Below, in pieces: positions 14,237 through 28,009 of a DNA stretch of 64,000 bases. The translations under genes were made by a program, and so were the position numbers. Each line of letters begins with the position of its first letter. Position 1 is the stretch's first letter. The notes beneath the pieces were generated by a model. It worked only from the letters and a program-made list of their open reading frames with translations, ran no database searches and was not told where the DNA came from. Source of the stretch: Eledone cirrhosa (taxonomy: Eukaryota); contig OZ024745.1 in NCBI GenBank assembly GCA_964016885.1, positions 70,866,001 through 70,930,000 of the forward strand, read 5' to 3'.

Positions 14237-14398
14237 TAGCGTTTCCCAACCTTTCTACCCTTGTGGAACCCTTGAAATAGTTTTCATATTGCTGCATATA
14301 ATTATCATTTACCATAATTACAATCTGTCTCTTTTTCTGTTTCTCGCGGAACCCCTAGCGACCATAGGGTTCCGGAGAACCACGGTTAAGAAATGCTG
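14237..14398. mobile_element. hAT (Charlie-like) MITE
   Basis: TIR-like tagcgtttcccaacc / ggttaagaaatgctg; internal ggaacccct...agggttcc motifs typical of hAT MITEs. TSD not conserved. Confidence 0.65.
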
Positions 14399-14849
14399 GA
14401 TCAAACACTGTGTAAGACATTCTAAGGAAATAACCTCAAATCTTGTGGCTGGCCGCCAACGAATGGGTCTATTAACCGCAGGAGAGAACCAACTAACAAT
14501 ATTAACATATTTAATAAAAAGCACTAGATCATAAACTGGATCTGAAATACGGACAGCGATGGAGGATCAGTATATGTGTAAGATTCACTGGTTTTGTCGG
14601 CTGAGATGAGATGAAATGAGACAGTATAAAACGGAGCTGGTTGAGCAAAAAGATCTGTGTCGCAATGTGGTAGAAGTGGAAGAATATATCGTATCAGCTA
14701 TTGGTGTCTTTGAAGCACAGCAGTGTTTTAAAAAATGGGGTCTAAATATTTAAATCATCACGATATTTTGTTTGGTTTGTGGAGTTCACATAAAGTAAAA
14801 GTACTCTGCTACCCCTCTCATTTTCTTTCTCCCTCTTGCTTTGTCTCTC

Positions 14850-14889
<40 letters not shown>

Positions 14890-14935
14890 CACATAGAAAC
14901 ACACATGCACACGCACATACACGCACTCACATACA

Positions 14936-14991
<56 letters not shown>

Positions 14992-15479
14992 TGTGTGTTT
15001 GTGTGTGTATATATATATATATATATATTATATTATACTGACAGGCAAACAGATGTAGACATGAAAAGCAAGGTCAGTTTGGTCAACTTTTAATATTTTT
15101 CATTTTGAGGAATATTTTTAAACAGACGGATTGGTATTTTTCCACTATATGGCTATACAGATTATGCAGATTATAACTATCATTTAAGCATCTTTACAAT
15201 GTTGTTTCATATAGATATACTTCTTTGGTCATATGCTACCTTTCAAAATTGATTCGTCCAGGTTTTAACGTTTTTTGTTTCAATGTTCTTGATAGTACGT
15301 AGACTGGTTATTTTTCCGATATTTTAATGTCTGTATTAAGTGTTATTTTAACTTCATAAGTCACATTTTTCCCTCCGTTTTCATTATCTTAGAATCCCTG
15401 GTTGAATGAGTCAGAACACATTATACAATGTTCTGTGTTGTAATGCTTATCATTTAGTTTTAAAGACGGGTGTTCCTAT

Positions 15480-15730
15480 TCTTTGGACAACAGAATGACC
15501 TGCTTGTGAAATTCACTGTGACATTAACGTATTTCTCAGATAGATTCAATGTGAGGGAGTGTGAGACAGTGTGTGACAAGGTTTCTCCTTTAAATTACAG
15601 GTAGAACTCATTTTCTCTAGCTAGTGGACTGGTGCAACGTGTCATGCACAAGGACACAGCGCGCCTTCGAGTCCTGGAGTCGAATTAACTTTAATAGCAT
15701 CGACTCAACACCTTAACCATTTTGCCAAAG
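15480..15730 (-). mobile_element. Diverged CORE-type SINE
   Basis: Homologous to 62122-62420 (acagtgtgtgacaagg...caaggacacagcgcgcc...aacaccttaaccatt). Confidence 0.55.
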
Positions 15731-15836
15731 GGTTTCACACAATGTTTGGCATGACATGAAAGTGAAGCTAGTTTGCTATATTTAACACTCCCTTTATACC
15801 TTGAATATATATATTTATATTTATACCATATATAAT

Positions 15837-15898
15837 CAGGGTGTCCCCCAAAAATGTATACATACTTCAAAGTCTGTATACATTTTGAGGGGTACACC

Positions 15899-15901
<3 letters not shown>
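15837..15901. mobile_element. Tiny Tc1/mariner-like MITE (65 bp)
   Basis: TIRs cagggtgtcccccaaaaatgtataca / tgtatacattttgaggggtacaccgtg in a TA context; relatives at 18846 and 31859. Confidence 0.75.
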
Positions 15902-15945
<44 letters not shown>

Positions 15946-16640
15946 TGTGTGTGTGCGTGTGTGTATCTACTAGGTAAATCTGGATGAAGGGGCAGTGCCC
16001 ATGGCCTTCATATGCCTTCAACGACCGGAGAGATCGATGCCGTTGATGTTCTGTTTAAATTATTGCTCATCTGTTTTTGTTTTGTTTTGTTTTTTCTTGC
16101 GGAAGACACTGCCTCTACAACTACATAAATTAATACAAACGAAAGGTAATCAACAAACATTTTCAAGTCGGTTCATACTGAGTGTAATCAACAGCAATAA
16201 TTGTTGTTATTGTCTTCTGCAAGCTTTTTCCTGCTGTTTTTAAGGATTATTATAATCCTAACAACGCTTATATGATTTCCTTTTACTCTATTCCATTGGC
16301 TGTCTTGCTCGATTGCATTCAACAGCTCAACTAGTACAGCTATATTGACAGCACTTACGAGTAGGAGTCAGTTAAAATGAATGTCTACAGTTTCAACATC
16401 TTGTGTAATGGTGGCGAATCAACAATGTTGTTGTTAATGCTTCGCCTCTCTATGCCATCCATCAACATAAGTTGCCTTAACAATTTAACAACATGTCATA
16501 AAAATCAATTTGATACGATCATTTGTTCCGTTGCTACAACTTAACTAACTAATAACTATATTTACACGACATGATAAATTATAATTTGTGTATTAGTTAC
16601 TGTATACCACCGCTCTAGCTAGTATTATTTGAATAAAAGT

Positions 16641-16813
16641 AGAGGGTGGTGAATTGGCAGTATCGGTAGAGGGTTGGACGCCATGTTTTACGGTCTGAGT
16701 TCAAATCCCGCCGAGGTTAACTTTGCCTTTCATCCTTACGGGGGTCGATAAAATAAAGTACCAGTAATGTACTGGGTAATTGCTGGCCTTGTGCCTAAAG
16801 TAGAAACAATTAT
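16641..16813 (+). mobile_element. Young SINE copy with an internal deletion
   Basis: Family match. Perfect 17-bp TSD attatttgaataaaagt at 16624-16640 and 16809-16825. Confidence 0.92.
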
Positions 16814-17130
16814 TTGAATAAAAGTTCCAAGTTGCGATGACTAATCATTATACTTATGTTACATATCAATTGAACATTACGTTGAGATGATATTTGTTAT
16901 ATATTAAAATCATTCCTTTAAAAATATAAATAATATCTTGATTCTATTTGTGTTTTAATTTAGCAATTGCTCATTTAATAGATTGTAGATTGAAAGGTTA
17001 TAATGAATGCGAATACGTATCATTGTGTTTGGTTGTTGTTATGCTAGGGCAGTTTTTAAAATAGTTCTAAAGGATATTGTTTGCTTTATTTCATGATATC
17101 TGACAGATCCGTTTCAGTTTAGACACATTA

Positions 17131-17229
17131 ATAATTGTTTCTACTATTGGCACAAGACCAGCAATTACCCAGTACATTACTGGTACTTTATTTTATCGAC
17201 CCCGTAAGGATGAAAGGTAAAGTTAACCT
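17131..17229 (-). mobile_element. 5'-truncated young SINE copy
   Basis: Reverse complement of the family 3' half. Confidence 0.88.
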
Positions 17230-17313
17230 TGAAATGGATAGCATTGGTTTGGAGTCGTTTTGTAAGCATTAATGTTAGGGTAATTAACAGTTATGGTTAT
17301 GAATATATATATA

Positions 17314-17409
17314 TAACTTTGCCTTTCATCCTTACGGGGTCGATAAAATAAAGCACCAGTAATGCACTAGGGTAATTGGTGGAATTATGCCAAAAGTAGA
17401 AACACTTAT
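17314..17409 (+). mobile_element. 5'-truncated young SINE copy
   Basis: taactttgcctttcatccttacggggtcgataaaataaag...agtagaaacacttat. Confidence 0.88.
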
Positions 17410-17570
17410 TTATGAGCTCTCTACAGATACATGTATACTACTCGTCGGATTTATTTACATAAAGTTCGATTTTTAACTATTTCTACGTTTTGCACAGGTG
17501 GTGCATCTTCTGGAATTGCATTGTGAAATTACTTTGAGCTCCAAATGTTATTTACCTGAATATTCACCCT

Positions 17571-17640
<70 letters not shown>

Positions 17641-17650
<10 letters not shown>

Positions 17651-17825
17651 GTCCCTCATCAGTGATTTGCCAACGATCATTGGTATTTCATCGCATTAAA
17701 AATCATATACCTCATTTTTAATGCGATGAAATACCAATGATCGTTGGCAAATCACTGATGAGAGACTAATTTTATAATATGTAATCCATGTGCAACCATG
17801 CAGTATTCTTCTCCCCATGTTTTTC
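17641..17825 (+). mobile_element. Foldback (63-bp arms, 10-nt loop) plus tail island in (TA)n
   Basis: 17641-17703 is the reverse complement of 17714-17776 with 1 mismatch; a 49-nt tail follows, then (TA)n. Confidence 0.8.
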
Positions 17826-17868
17826 ATATATATATATATATATATATGTATGTATATATATGTGTATG

Positions 17869-17966
<98 letters not shown>

Positions 17967-18168
17967 AAACTTTAACAGTTTTGGGTCAAGCTTTTCAATG
18001 TAATATCTGCTCTATGAGTTTACGTAAAAGTCTAAAATAGGGATTTCATACGAATAGAATTGTTTGTAGCCATCTTAAAAGCTTACTGTAATAAAACTCA
18101 TATTTTGAGCTGTACGAACTTCTTTAACTACCCTTGTCTTTTTTCCCATTGGAAAACGATTTATTGTA

Positions 18169-18230
<62 letters not shown>

Positions 18231-18280
18231 ATAATAATAAATTTGAATACTAATCTGTTATTTTAATAAATATATATATA

Positions 18281-18320
<40 letters not shown>

Positions 18321-18324
18321 TATT

Positions 18325-18543
18325 CTAGTCGATCGACTTTCGTCAAATCGGACCGAGGAAACTATGTTTCCGTTGGTCTTTCCAATTGCTAATACTATCT
18401 ATCGGTCGCAACTCCAGGTAGAAGGAGCAACGTGAAATAAAGTGTCTTGCTCAAGGACATAACGCATCGCCTGGTTCAGGAATCGAACTCACAACCTCAC
18501 GATTGTGAATCCAATACTCTAACCACTCAGCCACACGCTTCAC
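18325..18543 (-). mobile_element. tRNA-derived CORE-type SINE
   Basis: Minus strand gtggctgagtggttagag...gagttcgattcc...tccttgagcaagacactttatttcacgttgctcc (tRNA head plus CORE-like segment). Confidence 0.8.
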
Positions 18544-18820
<277 letters not shown>

Positions 18821-18845
18821 AATATACATATATATAATATATATA

Positions 18846-18941
18846 CAGATTGTCCCAAAAAATGTATATACACTTCAACAGCATCTAATAAATATTGCCT
18901 GTACAGGTAATTAAAGTGTGTATACATTTTTGAAGACATCC

Positions 18942-18943
<2 letters not shown>
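18846..18943. mobile_element. Tiny Tc1/mariner-like MITE (98 bp)
   Basis: cagattgtcccaaaaaatgtatatacactt / aagtgtgtatacatttttgaagacatcct, flanked by TA. Confidence 0.7.
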
Positions 18944-18988
<45 letters not shown>

Positions 18989-19000
18989 TTATATATATAT

Positions 19001-19090
<90 letters not shown>

Positions 19091-19214
19091 GTGTGTGCGT
19101 GTGCGTTCGTGTGTGTGTGTTCGTGTGTGCGTGTGTGTGTATGTATGTGTATACATCATATTACATATAAAATACATAGCAAACTGGCATATAACATGCT
19201 AGCTACTCGGAGTT

Positions 19215-19588
19215 CTATCAGCTTCAGTTAGGGTCATAAAACTGTCAAATCTCCATAGCTGCAAAGTACGCTGGACATTAATCAGATCTGTAGAAATACA
19301 GTCGGTCACAGTTAATGTGAGTACACACACACTCAACACCCATACACACCGGATCGAGGTCAAAGAAAAAAAAAATATATATATATATACACACATATCA
19401 ACACAGCATCAAACCTGTAGAACCATAGAAGGTCACAATTAGTGTGAGTGGGTACACACACACTCTCACACACGCCGAAGCGATGTCATAGATAAAAACA
19501 ACAAATATAAGCATAAGAATATACGAACACAGCGTCCTTTGCAGCTATGGAGATTTGACAGTTTTATGACCCTAACTGAAGCTGATAG
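19215..19588. mobile_element. MITE with ~58-bp near-perfect TIRs
   Basis: ctatcagcttcagttagggtcataaaactgtcaaatctccatagctgcaaagtacgctg is mirrored at 19530-19588 with 1 mismatch; possible TA TSD; internal tandem duplication. Confidence 0.85.
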
Positions 19589-19689
19589 CAGTCGCCGTAT
19601 TTCTGACTACTGGATCTTCATATGAGGGAATAAACTCTGTGAGTGAACATTGCTAATTTTCTCCCTCATATCAAGAATTTGAAGACAAT

Positions 19690-19778
19690 TCATTTTCACC
19701 TGATGAGATCAGTGATAATTGATCATGGCTTTACGATCGATGTATCTCTTATTGAAACATGTGTCGTGATTAAAATGA
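19690..19778 (+). ncRNA. Candidate type I hammerhead ribozyme
   Basis: TCATTTT-CAC|CTGATGA (19700-06)...GAAAC-ATGT-GTC (19754-65)|GTG-att-AAAATGA: bulged 10-bp helix I, palindromic ACATGT in stem III, GUC triplet. Stem II base is weak (GAT/ATT). Confidence 0.55.
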
Positions 19779-19942
19779 TTGGAATTTTACCTTGCCTTCA
19801 GATTTTCATTTTGACACTTATACTCCGTTTTACATCATCTAGCTATTCCCTTGAATGGAATTGGAGATATACAAAAGCGTGGAGAACTTAATATTGCTAA
19901 CATAAATTTATTGGACCGTTTTACACAACCAATAATACACCT

Positions 19943-19997
<55 letters not shown>

Positions 19998-20016
19998 TAT
20001 ACATATATACATACAT

Positions 20017-20106
<90 letters not shown>

Positions 20107-20152
20107 ACCGTGGGTATGAGTGTATGTGCGTGTTTAACCATGCGCGAAGAAA

Positions 20153-20188
<36 letters not shown>

Positions 20189-20527
20189 TATATACATTCA
20201 TATATATATATAAAAAAAAAAGATAGTTTGAAATGTAAGGAGTGTTCACCAGTTCTATTTCAGTTGGATGCTGTTTCACCTCAGTGCCATACACCAACAT
20301 TGCTTTAAATTGTATCCATCCATATTCCCATCTTTCACTGCACTTTCCCTCTCACTTCTTTAATGAACAAACATGCTTAATAAGATCGATACATTTTTTT
20401 AAAATCTGCATCATTTCTTTCCAAATTCTCTGTATTGAATTCTCATAATTACTGCCTGTCAATAGACATTTTTTCTCTATGTGTTTGTGGTTGTGTATAT
20501 ATGTGTTTGTGGTTGTGTATGTATGTT

Positions 20528-20580
<53 letters not shown>

Positions 20581-20632
20581 CTGTGTTTTATGTGTGTATG
20601 TATGTATCTATGTATCTATGTATTTATGTGTG

Positions 20633-20741
<109 letters not shown>

Positions 20742-20767
20742 ATTCAGAAACGATATATATATATATG

Positions 20768-20844
<77 letters not shown>

Positions 20845-21167
20845 GTCTGTGTGGTGTGTGTGTTGTATGTGTTTGTAGTTTGTGTGTGTGTGTGTGTGTA
20901 TATCTGTGAATGAGCTGCATCTTTTTGGTATCTTACTGGCTTCTCAGCTCAGCTATCTATTTGCAACGTGCATTTATCCTCATCTCCCAAGTCTATACTC
21001 CTAACTCGCATCATTTGCTCCACTGCTCTTCGTGTTCTCACATTGAAGTATCTCCCTAATAAGAAAAGCTCGCAGCATCATACTCTATTATTGCTTTCAT
21101 AATCAAATTCCAACAACTAGTAATATAGATAAGATGTATTCTTTATATAAGTATATATATATATATG

Positions 21168-21344
<177 letters not shown>

Positions 21345-21359
21345 ATATATATTATATAT

Positions 21360-21450
<91 letters not shown>

Positions 21451-21454
21451 ATAT

Positions 21455-21550
<96 letters not shown>

Positions 21551-22789
21551 ATATATATCCACCAACTGACCCTGATTGAAATTTATCAAACGGACCAAAC
21601 GGAAGCGACTATTATTAGTAAAATTTAATTAAATCATAATCCAGCTGTTTTTCTCTTACTTCTAGTGTTTTGTTCTAAAAGTTTTTTTTTAAATTTAATT
21701 TGTTTTTTTGCTCTTTAATCTTCACCCCTATTGACTTTTCGTGAAAGATTGTTACCAACAACTTATCTTTACTTTCAATAGTTAACTTTTCTCTTTTAAA
21801 TTTTTTGATTCCATTTTTTTTTTTTTTAAATAAAGACGATAACAAATAGAAAAATAAATCTCTTTCAGAAATGTTTTTCAATTGAACTCGACATTTTAAT
21901 AATAATTTTGTATCTATTGCAGACTTTGTGTTTCTCCTGTGCCTTTCTTTGACCTCTACAAATAAAAGAGCACCTCTGTTATAGTATTCTAGAATTGTTT
22001 AATCCTCTCAAATTAGATATTAAATATTATTCGAAAATGTAAGATACCGTCTAGACGGATACTAGTCTCGGATCTGTTTCAAACCTCAACCGCATTCAAC
22101 TGATCCATTTGCCCTTTTATGTACGATAACATTAGGACCTATGCTTAATTCAATCGGCTCTATTATTCACTTGAATTGAATTAATCATGCTTATGCCGAA
22201 TCAAAACGGAATTAGTTGCTAGTTACTGTCATCTAAAAACTAGATGATTAGGTTGTTCGGCGGGCGACCGTAGAGTCGTGTGTTCGACTCCAGACCGTCC
22301 AGCGTATATTATCTCCAAGCAAACGTTTTATTTTCCGGTGCTCAGCTAAAACAGAATGAGTATGAACGGCAACTGAAGTTTAACTCTGCGAAAGACTGGA
22401 AATCTTAGACTCTCAGTTGCGTAACACCTAGGAAACTGGGATAAGCTTCATGAGCTTCTGTTTGGGATAGATTTCGATATTTCTTTCACTTAATTCAAGA
22501 TGAAAGTCATTCCAGCGGCGCCCATCCCATTCTTTTGTTTTAGGAATAACGTCTCTAGGACTACATTGTCCAATGTATCCTTTTCCTTTTTAATACGACG
22601 GCCTGCGTTGTGAGGGGATTTAGCTTCTTGATCTTATAGGCTCAGCAATTGCCAAGATTCTTCCTCGAGATATAATTTGTGACACATTTGGCTGTGAAAA
22701 ATTGCTAGCTAATAAAAACTATATCTAACTTAGTAATCTGAAACAGGCTGCCCTCAAGAGCTGATCCAACTTCTAGACAGATGCACTGA

Positions 22790-23900
22790 TTTTGCAAGGG
22801 CGTTAGAACGTATGGCCAAATGTCTTGAGGCATTTCTTCTGGCTCTCTTAGACCTTAGTTCAATCCCACCGAAGTGAACTTTCCTTTTTATGTTTTCGGT
22901 GTCGATTACATAAAGTACTAAGTAATGGATTAACAGAATAGTTTGAATCTCGAACGAGATGCCTTATCGTATTTGTTTTACCTTTTTACTCATTGAGTTC
23001 AAATTCCGTTGTTCCTTACTCAGGTGGTCGCCTTAATACATTGCCCATTTTATCTCCCCTGTGTGGCCCTAGGGTGCTTTTAGCGGAGTCACGATCTCTA
23101 ATTTGTGGATACATTTCCTCAAACCAACCGACTAGTCCCAAAGTCTGTGAATCGGGCCATGGGCGCTGCACTTGCTCCTGACTAAACGATAAAAAAACAT
23201 TACTCTTACATACTTCATTATTCGTTTGTGGTAAAAACATTTGACATCTAATATTGAAACTTAAAGTCTTATTGATGAATTACTGTCTTGAGATGGGTGT
23301 GTGAAGTGGTAGGGTAGCACATAAAATAATTTTTTAGGGGCATCTCTTGATACTCTGTGTTCAAATCCTTATGGAGTTGACTTTACCTTACCTTTTTTGC
23401 AGGTTCAATAAAATAAATATTATTATAATTTTAGAGATCACTATTATTCACATAGATTGTTTTATGGTGTAAACTAGTATGGTAGTTTTCGGACATCGTT
23501 TAAATTTGGGGTGTAATCTTGAGCCCAGTTTAGATATCATCATTGGATAGGATTAACAGATCTGTTAGAGCCTTGGACAAAATTATTTGCAGTATTTGTT
23601 CTGGTTATTTATGTTACAAGATCAAATATCCCAGTGATGAACTCAATCCTTTTCATTCAAGGGTCGATAAAATAAAGTAGCACTCAAGTATTGGGTACAA
23701 TTTAATCGACAAACTTGCTGGACTTATGCTTGAATTAGAAACCATAATTTTTTTCAAATTGACGTGTAAGGCAAAATACCTGGCGATTTAGAGTTATGTC
23801 TCTTTACATTCTGATTTCAAATCCTACAGGATTGATATAATCAACTTTCCTCTTCCCCAAAATTTCGAGCCTTCTGTCATAATCAAAAAAATATTATTAC
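22790..23900 (+). mobile_element. Cluster of old diverged Meta-like SINE copies
   Basis: Repeated degenerate ttcaaatcc...ggtcgataaaataaagta...tggacttatgc motifs. Confidence 0.55.
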
Positions 23901-24583
23901 TATTATTCCTAAAGTATGTTTTCAGTAAAGATCAGGAGGCTTTATTGTGGTTGAATATTATTTTGTTTATGCCTGAAATATGAACAAATTTTAAAACTGC
24001 ATCATAATAATGTTATACAGCAAAACATTGCATTGGCTATAGATTAAAAAACTAAATTCAGATAAGAATAATCTAAAAGGCAAACACAAATACACACATA
24101 CGCACACTTATACAAGTAAATACACACACACATATATATATATTTATATATATGTGTGTGTGTGTGTGTACATACATATATGAATGGACACACACGGGGA
24201 CACACACATACACACACATACACATGCAAAAATCTGAAAAGATAATACAAGAATAACAAAAGAATGAAATAATGAAGTTATCATGTAGAAGGAAGGTATA
24301 TACAGGGTTCATTTTTTTACGTTAAAGCAAAATAGCTTGAACAACAATACAATAAAATCGAATGTTTGTCCACTCTGGAGGTGCATGATTTTTATTAGTA
24401 TTATCATTATTATTGTTGTTGTTGTTATTGTTGTTATTATCATTATTATTATTATTGAGTCAGTCAGCTAACAAGGAAGATTTCTCTAACTATGCCAACA
24501 TGACAGTTATTGATGGAGATTAAAATAAATGTCGGATCACATTGGTAATTGAATTTCAAAAAGCAAAAGCAAAAGGGGGAAAC

Positions 24584-24585
<2 letters not shown>

Positions 24586-24670
<85 letters not shown>
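24586..24670. repeat. (AGT)n microsatellite
   Basis: Direct reading. Confidence 0.95.
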
Positions 24671-24874
24671 AGGCTTCGACAAAATACACAAAATAAAACA
24701 CTAATAAAACACTAATAAAAACAAGCTAATCCAAGCCCCAATTTTTTATCCATGGATTGTATATTGGTTTGTAGTGTATGGCAGTGTGCCAGATAAAACC
24801 TCGCTGTAAACAGTCTCAAATGAAATCTAGTTATTTGAAAATAGTCTCAGATAATATCAAGCTTTCTATAATAC

Positions 24875-25314
24875 TGAACCCTTTCGTTACCATGTTTCTA
24901 AGGAAGAACACTGTTTATAATTTGAAAGCAATTAAGAATTTTGAGGGATTTAAAAATGTATCTAGCTTTCAAATTATTTAGCTGATCTTTTGCGAATAAC
25001 TTCACAAGGTTTCTTTCTTACTGAAAATTATGATGAACAGTTTTTAGACATATCAATAATTTAACCCTTTCGTTACCTTGATCCTAATGAATACCACTAA
25101 GTATGATTTTACCATCATTTTTTAAATAATCAAAAATTTTGAGGGCTTTGGTAATATAACTTAATTAGTCTTTATTGGTGTTTCGAACATAATATGAGTT
25201 TTTACATGAAATTATGATGGAATGTTTTTAGATAGATATAAACACTTTAAAATAAACAGTTTTGTGTTATAGAGGTACGCGTGATTTCAAGCGCTTTGGT
25301 TCCAAAAGAGTTAA
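24875..25314. mobile_element. piggyBac-like MITE with a tandem partial copy
   Basis: ttaa|ccctttcgttacc (25061) ... ggttccaaaagag|ttaa (25314). 24875-25060 is a diverged upstream duplicate starting tgaaccctttcgttacc. Confidence 0.65.
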
Positions 25315-25506
25315 GATTTATCTTGTGGTCTCTGACTACATTTAGTTTTGTAAAGTCACAGTTACTATATAGCTTCAGAAAGAATGAATACCTATATAAG
25401 ATCAATTGTTTGAAACATGCACAGGTAAGAATAAGACATAAATGGAAAGATACATTAGATAAGGTCACGTGGTGGAAATTGGTTTTGAATTTGTATATGT
25501 ATATAC

Positions 25507-25541
<35 letters not shown>

Positions 25542-26086
25542 CGTGTGTGTGTGTTTTGGGTGTAAAAGGTAAACAGAAATAACAACACAATCAGTAGAGT
25601 ATATGGAAAGGATATATATATTTATATATATATATATTTATATATATATATATGTGTATGTATGTGTGGTGTATCATTCGCCGATGTATATCGTCAAACG
25701 AAGTAAACTTGGACTACGAAAGTTAACGATCGGAGTTTAACTGCTGATGTCCTTCTGCACTAACTTACAATTCCCTTGGGATTCTAGTTATCATAAATGC
25801 AATGAACCAGTGACTAGCCTGGTGGAATACTTTAACCGACGATGTTATTGTCTACGAATTACGAGATGTTCATCCTTCTCGTTGTATTGGACATATTCTG
25901 TGTTCGTTTGGGAAGGTTTATCGATTGTTTATGTGCGGGTGTGTATTGTGTTTTGTATGGTTGTTTTAGGGGCAGATGTAGTTCAACTTGCATATCAAAA
26001 ATATAAATAGATAATATGAATTTAAGCTAGATGACAGCTACCAAAATGTTTTGTATAACAGAGTGTACTCACGCCTGCTTTGATAT

Positions 26087-26252
26087 GGCGTAGGCATGGC
26101 TGTGTGGTTAAGGGGTTCGCTTAATGAGCACATTATTCTGGGTTCAATTCCTTAGGGTGTCACCTTGGTCTAGTCTCTTTTACTATAGCCGCAAATTAAC
26201 GAATGCGTTGCGAATGAAAGTTGTTAGACGGAAACCGCAAAAACTCATCGTA
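26087..26252 (+). mobile_element. tRNA/CORE-type SINE (octopus OR/OK-like as recalled)
   Basis: ggcgtaggcatggctgtgtggttaag...gggttcaattcc...caccttgg...tactatagcc...agacggaaac; homologues at 47787, 48211, 50590 and 56830. Confidence 0.75.
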
Positions 26253-26998
26253 TACATGTATATATATATATATATCTATATATATATGTGTATATATATT
26301 TATATATATATAAGAAAGAGAACAGAGACCTAATTATAATTTTTAATGACTCTGATAAAAATGGGAGATAATTTTAAGAAAGTAAGATTTAAGTTGTATA
26401 GTTTACATGAAACAGTGTGAGATGTGTGATTTGGGTTGTTTTAAGAAAGCTAATACAATGCGAATTAGAAATATAGGAGTGCAAACGGTAGTACGACAAA
26501 ACAAAACAGTTTACATTTTAACTTATATTTTATGTTTCATGAAATAGGTGCTATAAATCGAAATATCATAAAATATAAAGTAAAAGTGTTAACTATTATT
26601 TTGGTCTTACTTCGTTTTCTGTCGTTTATTAGTAGCTTGCACAGTAGTGGCTTTACTAAAACAATTTTAAATTAAAAATTTATTTCAGCAGATTAATGTG
26701 CACGCATAGTGAAGAATCCTTTCCTTGTTTTCAGAGAAGGTACAACCATGGAAATGTTTCGTATATTAGACCTTATCGGCACAATATAGTTTAGTGAAGC
26801 CTTCTTTAATCAGTTGACAAAGGTTTATTAGTTTTTCTTACTTTACTTTCATTATTTTCATTCATCCTTATGTCTGCTTCATTTAGTTTTCCTTCTGAAA
26901 ACGCATGAATTTTTTATCTTCATTTCTATTTTAGTCTCTGTTATAAATAAGAAAAAAATACATCTATATATACAGACATACACGACAGCCTACGTATA

Positions 26999-27049
<51 letters not shown>

Positions 27050-27758
27050 GGGAATAGTTCTCTGTTTCATCTGTCTTTGTGTATGTGTGTAAGTTTTTGT
27101 GTGAACGTGTGTGTAGGTTTACGATGCTATGCTATTAACTGAAGACAGCTAGGAGAAGTTGGGCTATTCAAATATATATCGATTTTTCACTTAATTAGTT
27201 TGTCTTTTAAATAAGAACAGTGTTGTATGTATAGCCCTGCTAGTTATCAATATAATAGTTGTTAAGTTGACCACATATGGAGGAAAAAAAGAATGAATAA
27301 ATGAATGTGGGAAAAGAACTGCGAAAGTATAAAGCAATGAAAAATTTAACAAGTCATGAAATAATTAAGGAAAAAACAATAACACATATAACTTTAAATT
27401 GATTTTTTAAATGATATTTTAGAAGCAACGTGTAAGGCGAATAGGGAGCGAAACATGGGACTGTTTTTGTATTATTTATTAGTGTGTATACGTAAATGGT
27501 ATATGGATTCAAGGAGGAATTTCAACAAGGTCGTTTACATCAACAAGAAAAAAGTCTGTAGCTTTCAAACTACTTTCAACTACAATTTCGAAGATGGTGG
27601 ATGGGGTGTGAAAAAGTCAAGAGCGCCGATATAAATATGTTTTAATGTTTCCTCCCTCTCTATGTATTCTAAACCGAAAAATCAGTCTTTGGGTGAAAGT
27701 TTGTACACAGGAAGTGTGCAGAGGTCCGAGATTTCAATGATATACATATATATATACC

Positions 27759-27972
27759 GACATCCAGAGTTGACATTGCACTCAGTGCTCCTTTGGGAGC
27801 CCCTACATGGACACACTAGAAGAGGAAGGCCAAGGTTAACGTATGTTGATGCCCTAAGGACAGACACTGGTCTGTTGGAGACGCAGGACATGGCAGCGAT
27901 GATGAGGGACAGAGACCGCTGGAGAGAACTCGTCCATGCATCTCGGGAATTTTACCCGCCTTAGATAGATAG
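27759..27972 (+). mobile_element. 5'-truncated RTE-clade LINE 3' end (ORF2 C-terminus remnant)
   Basis: Encodes HPELTLHSVLLWEPLHGHTRRGRPRLTYVDALRTD...MRDRDRWRELV, matching the GRP...DR..W C-terminal signature of RTE-type ORF2. Short (GATA) tail; possible TSD atatacc at 27752-58 and 27973-79. Confidence 0.8.
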
Positions 27973-28009
27973 ATATACCCCTTACATTATACATGTAACG
28001 TAGCTGTGG

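Noticed and set aside
20240-20380. RTE reverse transcriptase remnant (AMLVYGTE on the minus strand)
   Set aside because: Only a short motif resembling LLYG.E; too decayed to support without a profile search.
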